Positions 28,197-39,542 are shown, counted from the first letter of the stretch. The stretch is DNA of 64,000 nt from a virus (IMGVR_UViG_3300013936_000015:1-64000), one strand, 5' to 3'. Numbers and translations: made by a program. Notes: generated by a model not told the origin, from the sequence alone.

Positions 28197-30428
28197 ATGA
28201 TTTATTTGGTAAGTAAACAAACGGAATTATTTAAATCAGATGCTTATGAGAAAATAGATCCTAACAAAGCTATTGAATTATTATCTAAAGAAAGCATATT
28301 AGGTGCAGATACTGAGACTACTGGATTAAATCCTGTAACTAGTCATATCCTTACTATTCAACTAGGTAATGAAGATTTTCAAATAGTATGGGATTGTACT
28401 AGTTATCCTATTACATTATTAAAAAGGGTATTAGAAAATCCAGATATTAAGTATATATGGCACAATTATTGCTTTGACGGGATGTTTCTATTAAAAGAAG
28501 GTATTGTACAAACTAATTACTTCGATACCTTAATAGGAGAAAGAGTTCTTAATAATGGTAAGCCTAGAGATATGTATTCTGTGTCATTAAAAGCATGTGC
28601 ATTAAAGTACTGTGATTATGATATGGATAAAACAGCAAGAGGGGAGATAATATCTAAAGGATTGACTGAAAGGACTATTGTTTATTCTGCTACAGATGTA
28701 AAGTATTCTATTCCTATCTATGAAGCACAACAAAAGGAACTTGAAAAATATGAAGTTAAAAAAGCTGCGGAATTTGAATCTAAATTTACTATTGTAGTAG
28801 CATATACTAAGTTATGTGGAGTAAAACTAGATGTTCCAAGATGGAAGAAAAAGATGGCTATAGATGAAGAGAAAAGAGAAAAATGGTTGTCTAAATTAAA
28901 TTCTTGGATAATAGATTTTTATTCTAAACATAATGGAAAAGGGAATTATATAGAATATAAAGCCCTTGTCGATACTCAATTCATTCATCCATTTTCTGAA
29001 CATATTCCGGATGATTTACATTTTGTGAATATTACTTCTAAAAATCAGAAATTAGTAAAAGAATCTGATGAAAAATATGGATATAAAGTATATTCTATTA
29101 GTAAGGTTCCATTTGGATATACTGCTAATAATACATTTCATCCATATATAGAACATATAGATGTAATACAACAAGATCTATTTGCACCTACAACAGAAAC
29201 ATTTGGAGATAAATGTGTTATTAATTGGTCCAGTAGTAATCAGGTAATTCCTCTATTTGAATTATTAGGATTTAATGTAGAAACTCTTGATAAAAAGACA
29301 AAACAAACAAGAAAATCTGCAGATAAAACACTTATAGCAGCACAAAAGAATGTATCTTCTATTGCAGAATTATATGTTAAATATAAAGAAGCTGCAAAAG
29401 TCTGTGAAGCTTTTGGAAAGAATTTCTTAGACAATATAACACCAGAAGACGGGAGAATCCATGCTGATTTTAATCCAATAGGAGCTGACACATTTAGAAT
29501 GTCTTGTGGGGGTAGTAAGGGAGGAGTTAACTTACAACAATTACCATCTGATGCAGAAACAAGAGCGTGTTTTATTAGTGAAAAGGGTAATAAATGGATT
29601 AGTGTAGATTATGAGGGTCAAGAATCTAGACTAATTGCTTCCGTTACAGGCGATAAAGCATTAATTAATATATTTACAGAGGGTTGTGGAGATGTCCATT
29701 CTCTTGTAGCATATATGACATATCCTCATCTTATTCCAAGAGATACAAAGATAGAGGATATAAAGAAAAAATATCATAACCTTAGACAAGATGCTAAAAA
29801 AGTGGAGTTCGCGATTAATTATGCAGGTAATGAATACACCATTGCCAATAATGGTGGGATTCCTATTGATGAAGCTAAGGTTATTTATAATAATTATATG
29901 AAGGGTTTTCCGGGAATGGAAGCATATCAGAAATATTGTAAGAAAGATGTTATGGAAAGAGGGTATATTCAAATGAATAATGTTACTGGTGCAAAAGCAT
30001 TTGCCTATGATTGGGATAGACTCTCTCAAGTACAAGAAGAAATGAAAGACCCTAATTTCTGGTCTACTTATAAGAAAGACCCTATATTAAAAGAAGAATA
30101 TAATTATTATAAGAAGAGAAAAGCAGAACTTGGAAAACAATCTGTAAACTATAGGATACAAAACCGAGGTGCAGGATGTTTTAAGCTGGCTTCTATGTTG
30201 ATGTTTAAATGGGTAGTAGATAATAACCTACTTGGAAAGGTTAAATTCTGTATACCCGTCCACGATGAATGGAACATAGAAGCACCAGATGATATAGCAC
30301 AAGATGTAGCTAAAGTATTATTAAAATGTATGGAAAAAGGAGCAAAACCTTTCTGTGATAAATTACCTCTTCCCGGTGATTTGTCCACACTAAAAGATGG
30401 AACACTCCCTAATTATTGGATTCATTAA
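28197..30428 (+). CDS. polA: DNA polymerase family A with 3'-5' exonuclease
   Basis: DTETTGL, HNYCFD, YSATD; motif A DYEGQESR, motif B RQDAKKVEFAINY, motif C VHDE. Confidence 0.93.
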   Translation: MIYLVSKQTELFKSDAYEKIDPNKAIELLSKESILGADTETTGLNPVTSHILTIQLGNEDFQIVWDCTSYPITLLKRVLENPDIKYIWHNYCFDGMFLLKEGIVQTNYFDTLIGERVLNNGKPRDMYSVSLKACALKYCDYDMDKTARGEIISKGLTERTIVYSATDVKYSIPIYEAQQKELEKYEVKKAAEFESKFTIVVAYTKLCGVKLDVPRWKKKMAIDEEKREKWLSKLNSWIIDFYSKHNGKGNYIEYKALVDTQFIHPFSEHIPDDLHFVNITSKNQKLVKESDEKYGYKVYSISKVPFGYTANNTFHPYIEHIDVIQQDLFAPTTETFGDKCVINWSSSNQVIPLFELLGFNVETLDKKTKQTRKSADKTLIAAQKNVSSIAELYVKYKEAAKVCEAFGKNFLDNITPEDGRIHADFNPIGADTFRMSCGGSKGGVNLQQLPSDAETRACFISEKGNKWISVDYEGQESRLIASVTGDKALINIFTEGCGDVHSLVAYMTYPHLIPRDTKIEDIKKKYHNLRQDAKKVEFAINYAGNEYTIANNGGIPIDEAKVIYNNYMKGFPGMEAYQKYCKKDVMERGYIQMNNVTGAKAFAYDWDRLSQVQEEMKDPNFWSTYKKDPILKEEYNYYKKRKAELGKQSVNYRIQNRGAGCFKLASMLMFKWVVDNNLLGKVKFCIPVHDEWNIEAPDDIAQDVAKVLLKCMEKGAKPFCDKLPLPGDLSTLKDGTLPNYWIH

Positions 30429-30429
30429 T

Positions 30430-30846
30430 ATGAAAAATGTATTTATAGAATGTGGGAAAGGGTGGAATAAATTAATAGACCCTATTATTTCTTATATTGA
30501 CGAATATAATAAAGCTAATAATAATCATATAGAAATTCTGCAGATAAAAGAGAAATTTGGTCAATTAAGAATTTATGTTAATTTCACCTCTTCTAAACTA
30601 AAGAAAATGATAGAAGAGGCGGAAGATCAGAGTTTTCATACTTGTGAATATTGTGGCTCTACTGAAAATGTAGGACATACATTAGGATGGATAAAAACTA
30701 TCTGCCATAAATGTATAAAAGAACAAGTAATAAAACAAAATTATTCCAGAAAATGGGAGAAAAATAAAGAATGTTATATCATACGCCCAAATGGAGAAGA
30801 TGAGAAAATTACAGAAAATAAATCAATAAAAGGTGATTATGACTAA
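30430..30846 (+). CDS. conserved phage Zn-ribbon protein
   Basis: GW...QIKEKFGQLR...CEYCG...CHKC. Confidence 0.7.
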   Translation: MKNVFIECGKGWNKLIDPIISYIDEYNKANNNHIEILQIKEKFGQLRIYVNFTSSKLKKMIEEAEDQSFHTCEYCGSTENVGHTLGWIKTICHKCIKEQVIKQNYSRKWEKNKECYIIRPNGEDEKITENKSIKGDYD

Positions 30847-30912
30847 TTGGAATAAAAGTTATACATTAACTAAAGAAGAAATAAAAAAATATTATAAATA
30901 TAGTAATAGGTC

Positions 30913-31902
30913 ATGAAGTATAGTTATAATGATATTAGTATTGTTCCTGCTATAACATCAAAAATTTCTAGTAGGAGTGAATGTGATCCTTTCGATAAGG
31001 GAAATCTTCCTATATTTACTGCTCCGATGAGCAGTATTGTTAATAAAGACAATTTTCATATATATGAAGATAATCATATTATTCCTATTCTTCCTAGAAA
31101 TTATAGTATAGAAGATAGAATACAATCTCTAAATAATGGAAAATGGGCCGCTTTTTCTTTGTCAGAATGTGACAAAATCCCCAATTCTATTTATCCAGTA
31201 CATATATGTATTGATGTTGCTAATGGACATATGACTAAGTTATATGATACTGTAAAACAACTTAAAGAAAGGATTCCTAATAGTATTATAATGACTGGAA
31301 ATATTGCTAACCCAGAAACAATTACAACAGCAATAGATGCAAACGTTGATTATATTCGATTAGGAATAGGTTCTGGATTTGGATGTATCACTACATCTAA
31401 TGTGGGAGTACATTACCCTATAGCTAGCCTTATTAGAGATAGTGTAAAAATTCGTAGAAAAAGAAGTATATATCCAAAAATTATTGCAGATGGAGGCATT
31501 AGAGGATATGCTGATATTAATAAAGCTCTTGCCCTTGGTGCTGATTATGTAATGATAGGTTCCTTATTTGCCAAATGTATAGAAGCAAGTGATGATATAT
31601 ATGATTGGGAAGGAAAGATTACTACCCAACAAGATTATAATACTAATCCACTATTTCATAAGTTTTATGGAATGGCTTCTAAAGAAGGACAGAACGACTT
31701 ATATGGTAAGAAAAAACATACTGCTGAAGGAATATGTAGAAAGATTGGGATTAATACTACTATCAAACAGTGGTCAAAGAATGCAGAAGATTACATAAGG
31801 TCTGCTATGAGCTATTGTAATGCAAAAACACTTTCTGAATTTAAATTAAAAACAAAAACTATTATTATTAGTATTAACACTTTTAGTTCAATTAACGAAT
31901 GA
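30913..31902 (+). CDS. guaC: IMPDH/GMP reductase family enzyme, GMP reductase-like
   Basis: APM, DVANGH, GNIA, GIGSGFGCITT (catalytic Cys), ADGG, FYGMAS, AEG, RSAMSY; no CBS domain. Confidence 0.75.
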   Translation: MKYSYNDISIVPAITSKISSRSECDPFDKGNLPIFTAPMSSIVNKDNFHIYEDNHIIPILPRNYSIEDRIQSLNNGKWAAFSLSECDKIPNSIYPVHICIDVANGHMTKLYDTVKQLKERIPNSIIMTGNIANPETITTAIDANVDYIRLGIGSGFGCITTSNVGVHYPIASLIRDSVKIRRKRSIYPKIIADGGIRGYADINKALALGADYVMIGSLFAKCIEASDDIYDWEGKITTQQDYNTNPLFHKFYGMASKEGQNDLYGKKKHTAEGICRKIGINTTIKQWSKNAEDYIRSAMSYCNAKTLSEFKLKTKTIIISINTFSSINE

Positions 31903-32744
31903 GTAGAAATAATATTTTAAAAGGTATTGAGATTATACAAAAAATTAAAAATAGTAATCTTAGTAAGGAAGAGGCTCTAATTTTAGTACAAGAAGATTCA
32001 GAGCTTACAGAAATACTTAATAAGTATTATTTACAAAATGAACCCTGTACAACAGAAATTAATATAAATAGTATTACTTCCCAAATGGTGTACGTACAGG
32101 GTGGCACATTCATGATGGGTGCCACTTCCGAGCAAGGCTGCGCTGCCTATTCTGATGAGAAGCCTGCCCACAGGGTGACGCTCAGCGGATTCTATATCGG
32201 GAAGTATGAGGTCACGCAGTCGCTTTGGCGTGCCGTGATGTGCTACAACCCCTCAAGATTCAAGGGTGACAACCTTCCCGTAGAGATGGTAAGTTGGGAC
32301 GATTGCCAGCAATTCATCAAGAAACTGAACGCCCTTACGGGGAAGAGCTTCCGCCTGCCTACCGAAGCAGAGTGGGAGTATGCTGCACGAGGCGGCAACC
32401 AAAGCCGGCACTTTCAGTACAGCGGCAGCGACAATTTGGACGATGTGGCATGGTATTATGACAACAGTAACAAGAAAACACACCCCGTAGGGACGAAGCA
32501 ACCAAACGAGTTGGGACTGTATGACATGAGCGGCAACGTATGGGAATGGTGTCAGGACTGGTATGGCAGCTACAGCAGCGATGCCAAAACCGATCCCAAG
32601 GGACCTTCTAATGGGTCTCTCCGCGTGCGTCGGGGCGGCGGCTGGTACAACAATGCCAGGGGCTGCCGGTCGTCGAGTCGTAGCAACACTACTCCCGGCA
32701 GCAGCAGCGACGGCCTCGGGCTACGCTTGGCCCTCTCCGAATAA
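31899..32744 (+). CDS. FGE-sulfatase/SUMF1 (C-type lectin fold) domain protein with DGR-like variable C-terminus
   Basis: GGTFMMG, YEVTQ, RLPTEAEWEYAARG, PNELGLYDMSGNVWEWCQD, RVRRGGGW...CRS...GLRL. Confidence 0.88.
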   Translation: MSRNNILKGIEIIQKIKNSNLSKEEALILVQEDSELTEILNKYYLQNEPCTTEININSITSQMVYVQGGTFMMGATSEQGCAAYSDEKPAHRVTLSGFYIGKYEVTQSLWRAVMCYNPSRFKGDNLPVEMVSWDDCQQFIKKLNALTGKSFRLPTEAEWEYAARGGNQSRHFQYSGSDNLDDVAWYYDNSNKKTHPVGTKQPNELGLYDMSGNVWEWCQDWYGSYSSDAKTDPKGPSNGSLRVRRGGGWYNNARGCRSSSRSNTTPGSSSDGLGLRLALSE

Positions 32745-32791
32745 TAAATTAAAATAATAAATTAAAGTTAATCTTTTAAATATAAAAATAT

Positions 32792-33019
32792 ATGGAAAAG
32801 TTTCAAGAGAATATGTGTAATGAATATCATGAGTTGAAATATCGAATGGGTAAACTGGCTGAAGCTCTTTCTTCTAAAGAGTTTAAAGCGAAAGTTGGTA
32901 ATAAACAATATGAATTATTAGAAAAACAAGCTGAAGCTATGGGAAAGTATTTTCATTATCTATCACTGCGTTTAGAAGATATGGGATTGCTTACAGACCC
33001 AGAAGATTATGGAGTATAA
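32792..33019 (+). CDS. small coiled-coil phage protein (crAss001_48-like)
   Basis: EYHELKYRMGKL...LLEKQAEAMGKYFHYLSLR. Confidence 0.6.
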   Translation: MEKFQENMCNEYHELKYRMGKLAEALSSKEFKAKVGNKQYELLEKQAEAMGKYFHYLSLRLEDMGLLTDPEDYGV

Positions 33020-33176
33020 TAAAATGTGATAATCTTTATAAATGTAATTATCACTACCGTAAAGATATTAATATAGAAATTACTGAATGAAGTGACAGAG
33101 AAGGGTTTGATAATATTAAATCCTTCTCTTTTACTTATGAGAAGTTAGATATAATTAATTATAAAAAAAATAAAGA

Positions 33177-33506
33177 ATGAAGAAGTTAGTTATTGGCCTT
33201 GATAAGGTATTACATTTTATATCCTGTTTAATTATTACAGCTGTTGTTTTTGCTGGATTATATTTTACAGGACTATCTAATATTCTTTGTGTACTTGGTG
33301 GATTTATAGCAGCAATGATTGCAGGATTTGCAAAAGAGTTTTATGATAAGAAAAGAGGAGAAATATTTGATTGGAAAGATATTATTGCAGATTTTACTGG
33401 TGCAGCAATATCATCAATTATTCTAATTGATATACCTCTATTAACCGCAATAGTGGTATGTGTATTCTCTCTGTTTATATTAACATGTGTGGAAATAGAA
33501 TCATAA
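33177..33506 (+). CDS. VanZ-like membrane protein
   Basis: DKVLHF...KEFYD...FDWKDIIADFTG with TM helices. Confidence 0.65.
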   Translation: MKKLVIGLDKVLHFISCLIITAVVFAGLYFTGLSNILCVLGGFIAAMIAGFAKEFYDKKRGEIFDWKDIIADFTGAAISSIILIDIPLLTAIVVCVFSLFILTCVEIES

Positions 33507-33691
33507 AAGGAATAAAAAATGTTGCATTATATCTACTAGCATTTATACTGTCTGTCATATCAGTTATTTCTGTTATAATAATAACACCTATAATATTAAT
33601 AATATTGTTTATAACAGATTTATTATATTCTGATTATGTATTAATTGTTATATTTTTAATAATGTTAATTGTCTACTGTTTAAGTTTATGA
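33458..33691 (+). CDS. small hydrophobic membrane protein
   Basis: Two long hydrophobic stretches. Confidence 0.5.
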   Translation: MCILSVYINMCGNRIIKGIKNVALYLLAFILSVISVISVIIITPIILIILFITDLLYSDYVLIVIFLIMLIVYCLSL

Positions 33692-34374
33692 AAATATGTG
33701 CATTAAGTGATTTACATGGAAATTTACCTCCTGTAGAATATACTAATTTAGATTGTCTGTTCATATGTGGAGATATTGTTCCGTTAGAAATTCAATTTAA
33801 ATATACTGAAGTATTTAATTGGGTTATAAAATATTTTATTCCTTGGTGTAAAAATATTGATGTAGATAAAATATTCTTAATTGGAGGAAATCACGATTGT
33901 CCATTTGAAAATAATAGTAAAAAACTAAAGAATATTTTTAGTAATACTAATATTATTTATTTGAATAATGAAAGTGTAGAATATACTAAGGATGATAAGA
34001 CTTGGGTAATATTTGGTTCCCCTGACTGCCACATATTCGGAAATTGGGCGTTTATGTACGATGAGGTAAAAGAATATAATGATTTTAATAAAATGCCAGA
34101 AAATTGTGATATCCTATTAACTCATGATGCAGCTTATAATAGGAGTGATATGATTTTACAGGATGTCCCTTGGAATAAACACGAACATATTGGAAACATA
34201 GAATTAGAGAAAGTATTATTGGAAAGAAAGAGGCCTCCTAAATATCATTTCTTTGGCCATTTACATACGTGTGAACATAATTTAGTAGAATATAATGGGA
34301 CACAGACAGCGTGTGTTAGTTTATTAGATGAGAATTATGACATGGTTTATAGACCATTAGTATTAAATATTTAA
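33688..34374 (+). CDS. calcineurin-like metallophosphoesterase
   Basis: SDLHG, CGD, GNHD, LTHD, GHLH. Confidence 0.9.
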   Translation: MKICALSDLHGNLPPVEYTNLDCLFICGDIVPLEIQFKYTEVFNWVIKYFIPWCKNIDVDKIFLIGGNHDCPFENNSKKLKNIFSNTNIIYLNNESVEYTKDDKTWVIFGSPDCHIFGNWAFMYDEVKEYNDFNKMPENCDILLTHDAAYNRSDMILQDVPWNKHEHIGNIELEKVLLERKRPPKYHFFGHLHTCEHNLVEYNGTQTACVSLLDENYDMVYRPLVLNI

Positions 34375-34377
34375 AAT

Positions 34378-34421
34378 TAAGGGGATGGATCTAGTATTTA
34401 GGTTCATCCCCTTATTTTTTT
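34378..34421 (+). terminator. terminator closing the + arm
   Basis: taaggggatgga/ttcatcccctta stem plus a T run. Confidence 0.8.
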
Positions 34422-34429
34422 ATACAAAC

Positions 34430-34466
34430 AAGCCCCTTAGTGACCTTTTTGGTTGCTAAGGGGCTT
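34430..34466. terminator. second hairpin at the convergence point (likely terminator for the - arm)
   Basis: aagccccttagtgacc/ggttgctaaggggctt stem. Confidence 0.7.
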
Positions 34467-34472
34467 ATTTTT

Positions 34473-37400
34473 TTATTCTTCTTCTTGTGGAATTATATAC
34501 CCACCATCGGGGGCTAAATATGTAAATATTGGTTTCATCTCTTTTGCAGCCGTAAATGAATTTACAGCTGCATTATAAAAGGATTTATCACCAAAAGCTA
34601 CACTTCCTACAGAAGAGGCTAAATTAGTTACAGTAGTTATAGCAAATGGGTTCCAATCAGTAACAACAGAACCTATAGAATTAGCAGCATTAAAATCAGA
34701 TGCTGCATATGTCCACGACTTGGTAAGATTATTAGTAAGTGCTGCCAATGCTGCATCAGAAAACTCTCCACTATCTTTTGCTCTCTTAATCATATCTTTA
34801 TTAAGAGAAGTAAAAAGACCACCTAAAAGTGAACCAAGTAACAAGGTGGCGAGAAGATCTATCCAAAGCTGTTTTATATTCTATTTATATCGAAGTCTCA
34901 TATTTGGATCAAGATTACTCATAAATTTATTATATCCAGTAACCCAAGTATATGGATTATTCCATTCTACTTCATCATCATTATATAGAGCTCTAAATGT
35001 CTTACCAATAGTAAGGACAATACCTTCTTCCCACAAACCTTTCCACTATGTAAAAGGAATCTTCATCTATTTATTTTTAAGTTGATCTTCTGTTACAGGA
35101 GGAACACTTCTATCCAAGTTACCATCTTCATCTGTTTGATAAAATAGTGGATTACCATTTGCATCAGTCATTTGTTCCCATTTTCCTTGAATTTTCACAC
35201 CACCTTTCTGGAAATATTGATTCTTCTTGGAAGTCCAATATGTTCTCATCTGCATGAACAGACTTCCTAAGAAAGAAGCATGAATCAAGGATTTGTTCTC
35301 ATGAGTATAATAACCATAAATTGTATCAGTAAGATTCTTCATGGATTCTATATCTTGACTAGTATATGCCATCGGTAGGGGCTGTCCAAATTGAAATTTA
35401 GAGCCATCTGGATTAGTAGCACCTTCCCTAATAAACTGTTCAGCTATGGCAATGTATAAGGCTTCCTGCTTATGATATTCTTCAAGATTAGATTTATCTC
35501 CTTTACTGTATAAACTGAATCTTGCATCTTTTTTAAAATCATAGACTAATTTCTTATCTTTTACAGTAAAAGCATCATAAGTACCTTCGTGTTTCATTTT
35601 AGCTACTATAATTGTCCATCGGTTATAGAAGTCAGGACGGGATACAAATTTCATTGCTATCTCATTAAGATTATTAAATCCGTGCTTATCAGTTCTTAAT
35701 TTCTAAGCATATAGATTCATATCCATATCATTAACACCCATCCACTCATTCATTAACTATAGTTTAGTAGGATCATCAGAGAAATGCATCATCTCTTTTT
35801 CTACTTCAACAAAAGCATCTTTCATATTCTTAAAAGTAAATGCCTATGTGCCGTCTGGTTTTCTTATAATTAAAGATATATCATTCCACAATCCTTGTAA
35901 TTTTTGCCCTATCCATTGTACTGGCCGGAAAGCAAGTGCCATAAAGCTGGCAGCCTATCTTATTCTAGAAGAAGTTTCTCTTACTCCTTTAGCCGTGTCA
36001 GAATTACCTAACATAGGATCATTTTCAAGAGGCTGATTTTTAATTCTAGATCTTAGATAATCTTCGTAGTATTCTACATCATTAACAAATTTAGTATTCT
36101 ATGTAGCACCCATATTAATCAAATATGCCATACCTGCTTTTACAGTAGGCATAATCTAATCAATATGTTTTTTTGTAGAATAAGCAACCATATGTTTGAA
36201 CAATAAATCTTCTAGATTCTATTCAAAATAAGCAGTGCCATATTGTTTTATAATATCCAGACGATGCTATAAGTTTGTACCATCAGAATCTGGTTCTGTA
36301 CTATCAAATATTGTATTTAATTGATACAATTGCTCTGCTGCCTCATAATTATTAGAAGAATCAAATGCACCTTCAAACTTAGCACGCAATTCCTTTAAGG
36401 CATTCTTAGGACTAAGTGCTTTAAATGTTTCTTTCACAGAGTTCCATAAAGAAATCTAATAGTCTTCAAATTGCCCTTCTTCGTTAATTTTCTTTTTTAC
36501 ACCAGCATTTCTTTGATTTGTCCTACTTGCCATACATAAAGGAACACGATAATATCTTATATCGTTATTCTATTTCATTCTTTCTAATTCAGAATCAGTA
36601 TAATTCCATCTGTCCTTATTGATAACATCCAGAGCAAATTCAAGAAACTTTTTCTCTTCACCATGTAAATCATTAATATATTTGAATCTAAAATCACCAT
36701 CTGGAGTTAGCTCAAACATATTATTATACAACTAAGTATCATTCTAAACTGTAGAAGTAAGATAGCCGTAATTTTTTTCTTTCTTTAGTCTTTCAAGATG
36801 CATTCTTGTTTTACTAACAATGTCTCTAGCATCATCTCTTACTCCCTAAAGAGCAATCTTATGAACTTTTGTAATACTATTGAGAATATTAGAAATAAGG
36901 TTTCCGGGGTTATCTGTCTATGTACCATGTATACCGGTATTTAGGAAAGAATTGATACTTAATCCACCTTCTAACCATTTAGCAGATTCTTTTAGTTGCT
37001 GTTTATATTGAAACCCTTGTAACTCTCCAATTTCAATAAGACAATTATAATAAAATCTATAAATTTCTGAATCAAGAGTGCCAGCATTTATCTAAGTTTC
37101 AGTAAGCTGCTTAATATTATAGTCTTTTTCTAATTGTTTTATAATAGTAGTAAGAAGATTAATTTTAGACTACACATTAACATTGTCTTCTGCCATCTCC
37201 TAAATCTAATTGGAACATTTATTATAAACATCCTATTGGTTAAGTTTATATGGAGATTGGTTAGATATTAATTCTGCCAATTGGTTTTTAAGAAGCTGCC
37301 ATCTTGTACCAAATTTTATAACCCCAGATTGAATATTATCATCCCCTTCAAGAGGTGCATATTCTTTCAATCTATTTAGAGAATATAAAATTTGTTCATT

Positions 37401-39542
37401 AGAAGCATCAACACCTTGGCCAGTATAGGGGTTAATAACAATCATATTACCTACTACTGCAGTATTATAAGAACCTGAAAACATCCCCGGCATCTAATTT
37501 AAGAATAATGCTGCTTCTATAAGTTCTCTGTTACCATTAGCATCTTCCAACATTTTAGAATCCTAAATAGTTTGTTCTACAGAGTCACTTTTGAAATTTC
37601 TGGTAAGTAATACATTTCCATCCTTTGTACTTTTGATATATTTAGGATTAGAAGTCGTTAATTTAATTACATCTACTTGATTAGTAATTTTATTTCTAAT
37701 CATTACAATACCAAACAGTTTTGCTGTTTCAGAATTAATTACTTCCCAATCTCTATTACAATATCTACTCAGATAGTTTTTAAACCATTCTTGAATACCA
37801 TTTTTATCAGCAAGATGTCGTGTATTAATACTGTCAATGAATGCTTGAATATTAGTAGTATTATTTTTCTATCCATAAGTAAGAGCTTTTATCACATGAG
37901 AAGCAAGATTTGGTTTTGATTTAGCTCTCTTCTCTCTTATTTCCAATACTTTCTATACAAGCCCTTCTGGGTCTGTATCTACAATATCTTTGCCATAAGA
38001 ACCCTTATAGTGATATAGATTATCAGATTTCTTTTCAAAACATCCCTATTCTTCTAAAGTCTTTCTTACCTCTTCCTCATCAGTACTCCTAGAATCAGTA
38101 AATGAAGGAAAGAATTTAGACATTGCGTTCGTAACGTATTCCAATGCTTTATCTGAATCGGCATCTGTAATCTTTTCTTTTGGAAGAAATTCATCAATAT
38201 TATTAATCACCTTACTTGTTCCAGATGCGTCTACTCTATCAATTTCTTTACGAATATCAATAGAATATTCAGAGTTATAATCAATACCATCAAAAGCAAA
38301 TTTTACTTTATCTGGATTAGTAAGAACCATATCCTTATTTTCACATCTAAAATTACTAAATGTGATAGGAACAATTCGTATTACAGAATCATCTGTATTT
38401 AATCCGTGCTTACTAAGGATTCTTGCATATGTAGCTTGTTGATAAAAGAAAGTTCTCTTTTTAGCAGAAGTATATTCTCCGTATTCTTTATCAGAACATT
38501 TATAGTCAAAGATATGTACCCTACCTTTATCATCCACTACTGCAAGGTCAATAATACCCATTAATTTCTTTCCTGAATCTCCTGTTGTATTAATATCAGA
38601 AGTTAATTTTAATTCAGGATAGAAATCAAGATTATCCCCCTCTCCAATAATATTTCTTATATGGTCTTTAAAATTACCTGCAAAATTAATTAATTGACTA
38701 AGCATCTAATCAGTGATCAATCCACTGTGATACTTGTCTCTACCCATCTGAGTTTTAAGCTCTGTTTCTATTTTGTTTCTGATAAAATCAGTAATAGAAG
38801 GGAATTGAATACCATTAATAACTTTAGGAGCTGCCTCCAAATCAAAGACATAATAATAATTACCTTCCCCATCAGTAAGTTCCTCTCCATTAGGGTTAGT
38901 AAGTTTTGAAAAGAATTGCTGCATTACAAAGTGTACAGCAGTTCCTTCTGGATTTATATCCCCCCATTTCTTCAGTATAGACGATTGTAAATTCTTTGCC
39001 TCTGTCTATGTAAGCATTTTAGGTTGCCCATTTCCGGAAAGATTCTTTCTCTGTTCCTCGAAGTTCTTATACATCTCATCGATATTATTGCCATCAGCAA
39101 GGAGTTTTATCTCCTATTCACTAAATCTATCTCTGATACTTTCATTTGGCTTTAAGGGGCTTGTCCATAAAGATAATCTGTTATTCCAGTAAACTTCATC
39201 TCTAAATTCTGGGAATAACAACTCATTATTTCTATTTTTTCTACCTTCTAGATATCTAGTAACACCAATATAAGGAGGTTTTGGATTTAATCTGATTTCT
39301 GAATCTACATTTTCTGCATTCTATATAGCTAGTGTAAATTCTTTCTACAGTCTATTAGCAGCATCTCTTTGTTCTTGGATAATTTTCTCTGCTTTCAAAC
39401 ATTGATTGGATTTTGCATAAACAATATCATTTTTAAATCCCTCAAATAATTTCTTTTTTATTAGGTATTCATCCAGCTATATTTCATTATCAAATTGAAA
39501 TGTATTACCGTCTAAAGTAAGTGTGAATCTACATGTATTCAT
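34473..39542 (-). CDS. large putative virion cargo protein with RecB-like PD-(D/E)xK nuclease domain (~1689 aa, TAG=Gln)
   Basis: Five ORF-track fragments share one frame from ATG 39542 to TAA 34473; GTAVH...GIIDL...IFDYK...YQQATY. Confidence 0.8.

Noticed and set aside
28900-29220. Intein in PolA
   Set aside because: The inserted region lacks intein N- and C-terminal (HN-C/S/T) motifs; more likely a thumb-region insertion.
3304-32501. Short minus-strand ORFs within the + arm (and + strand ORFs in the - arm)
   Set aside because: Shadow ORFs opposite well-supported genes, without recognisable motifs.
31899-33200. Complete DGR (RT, template repeat, Avd)
   Set aside because: No reverse transcriptase motifs and no second copy of the variable region were seen in the window.
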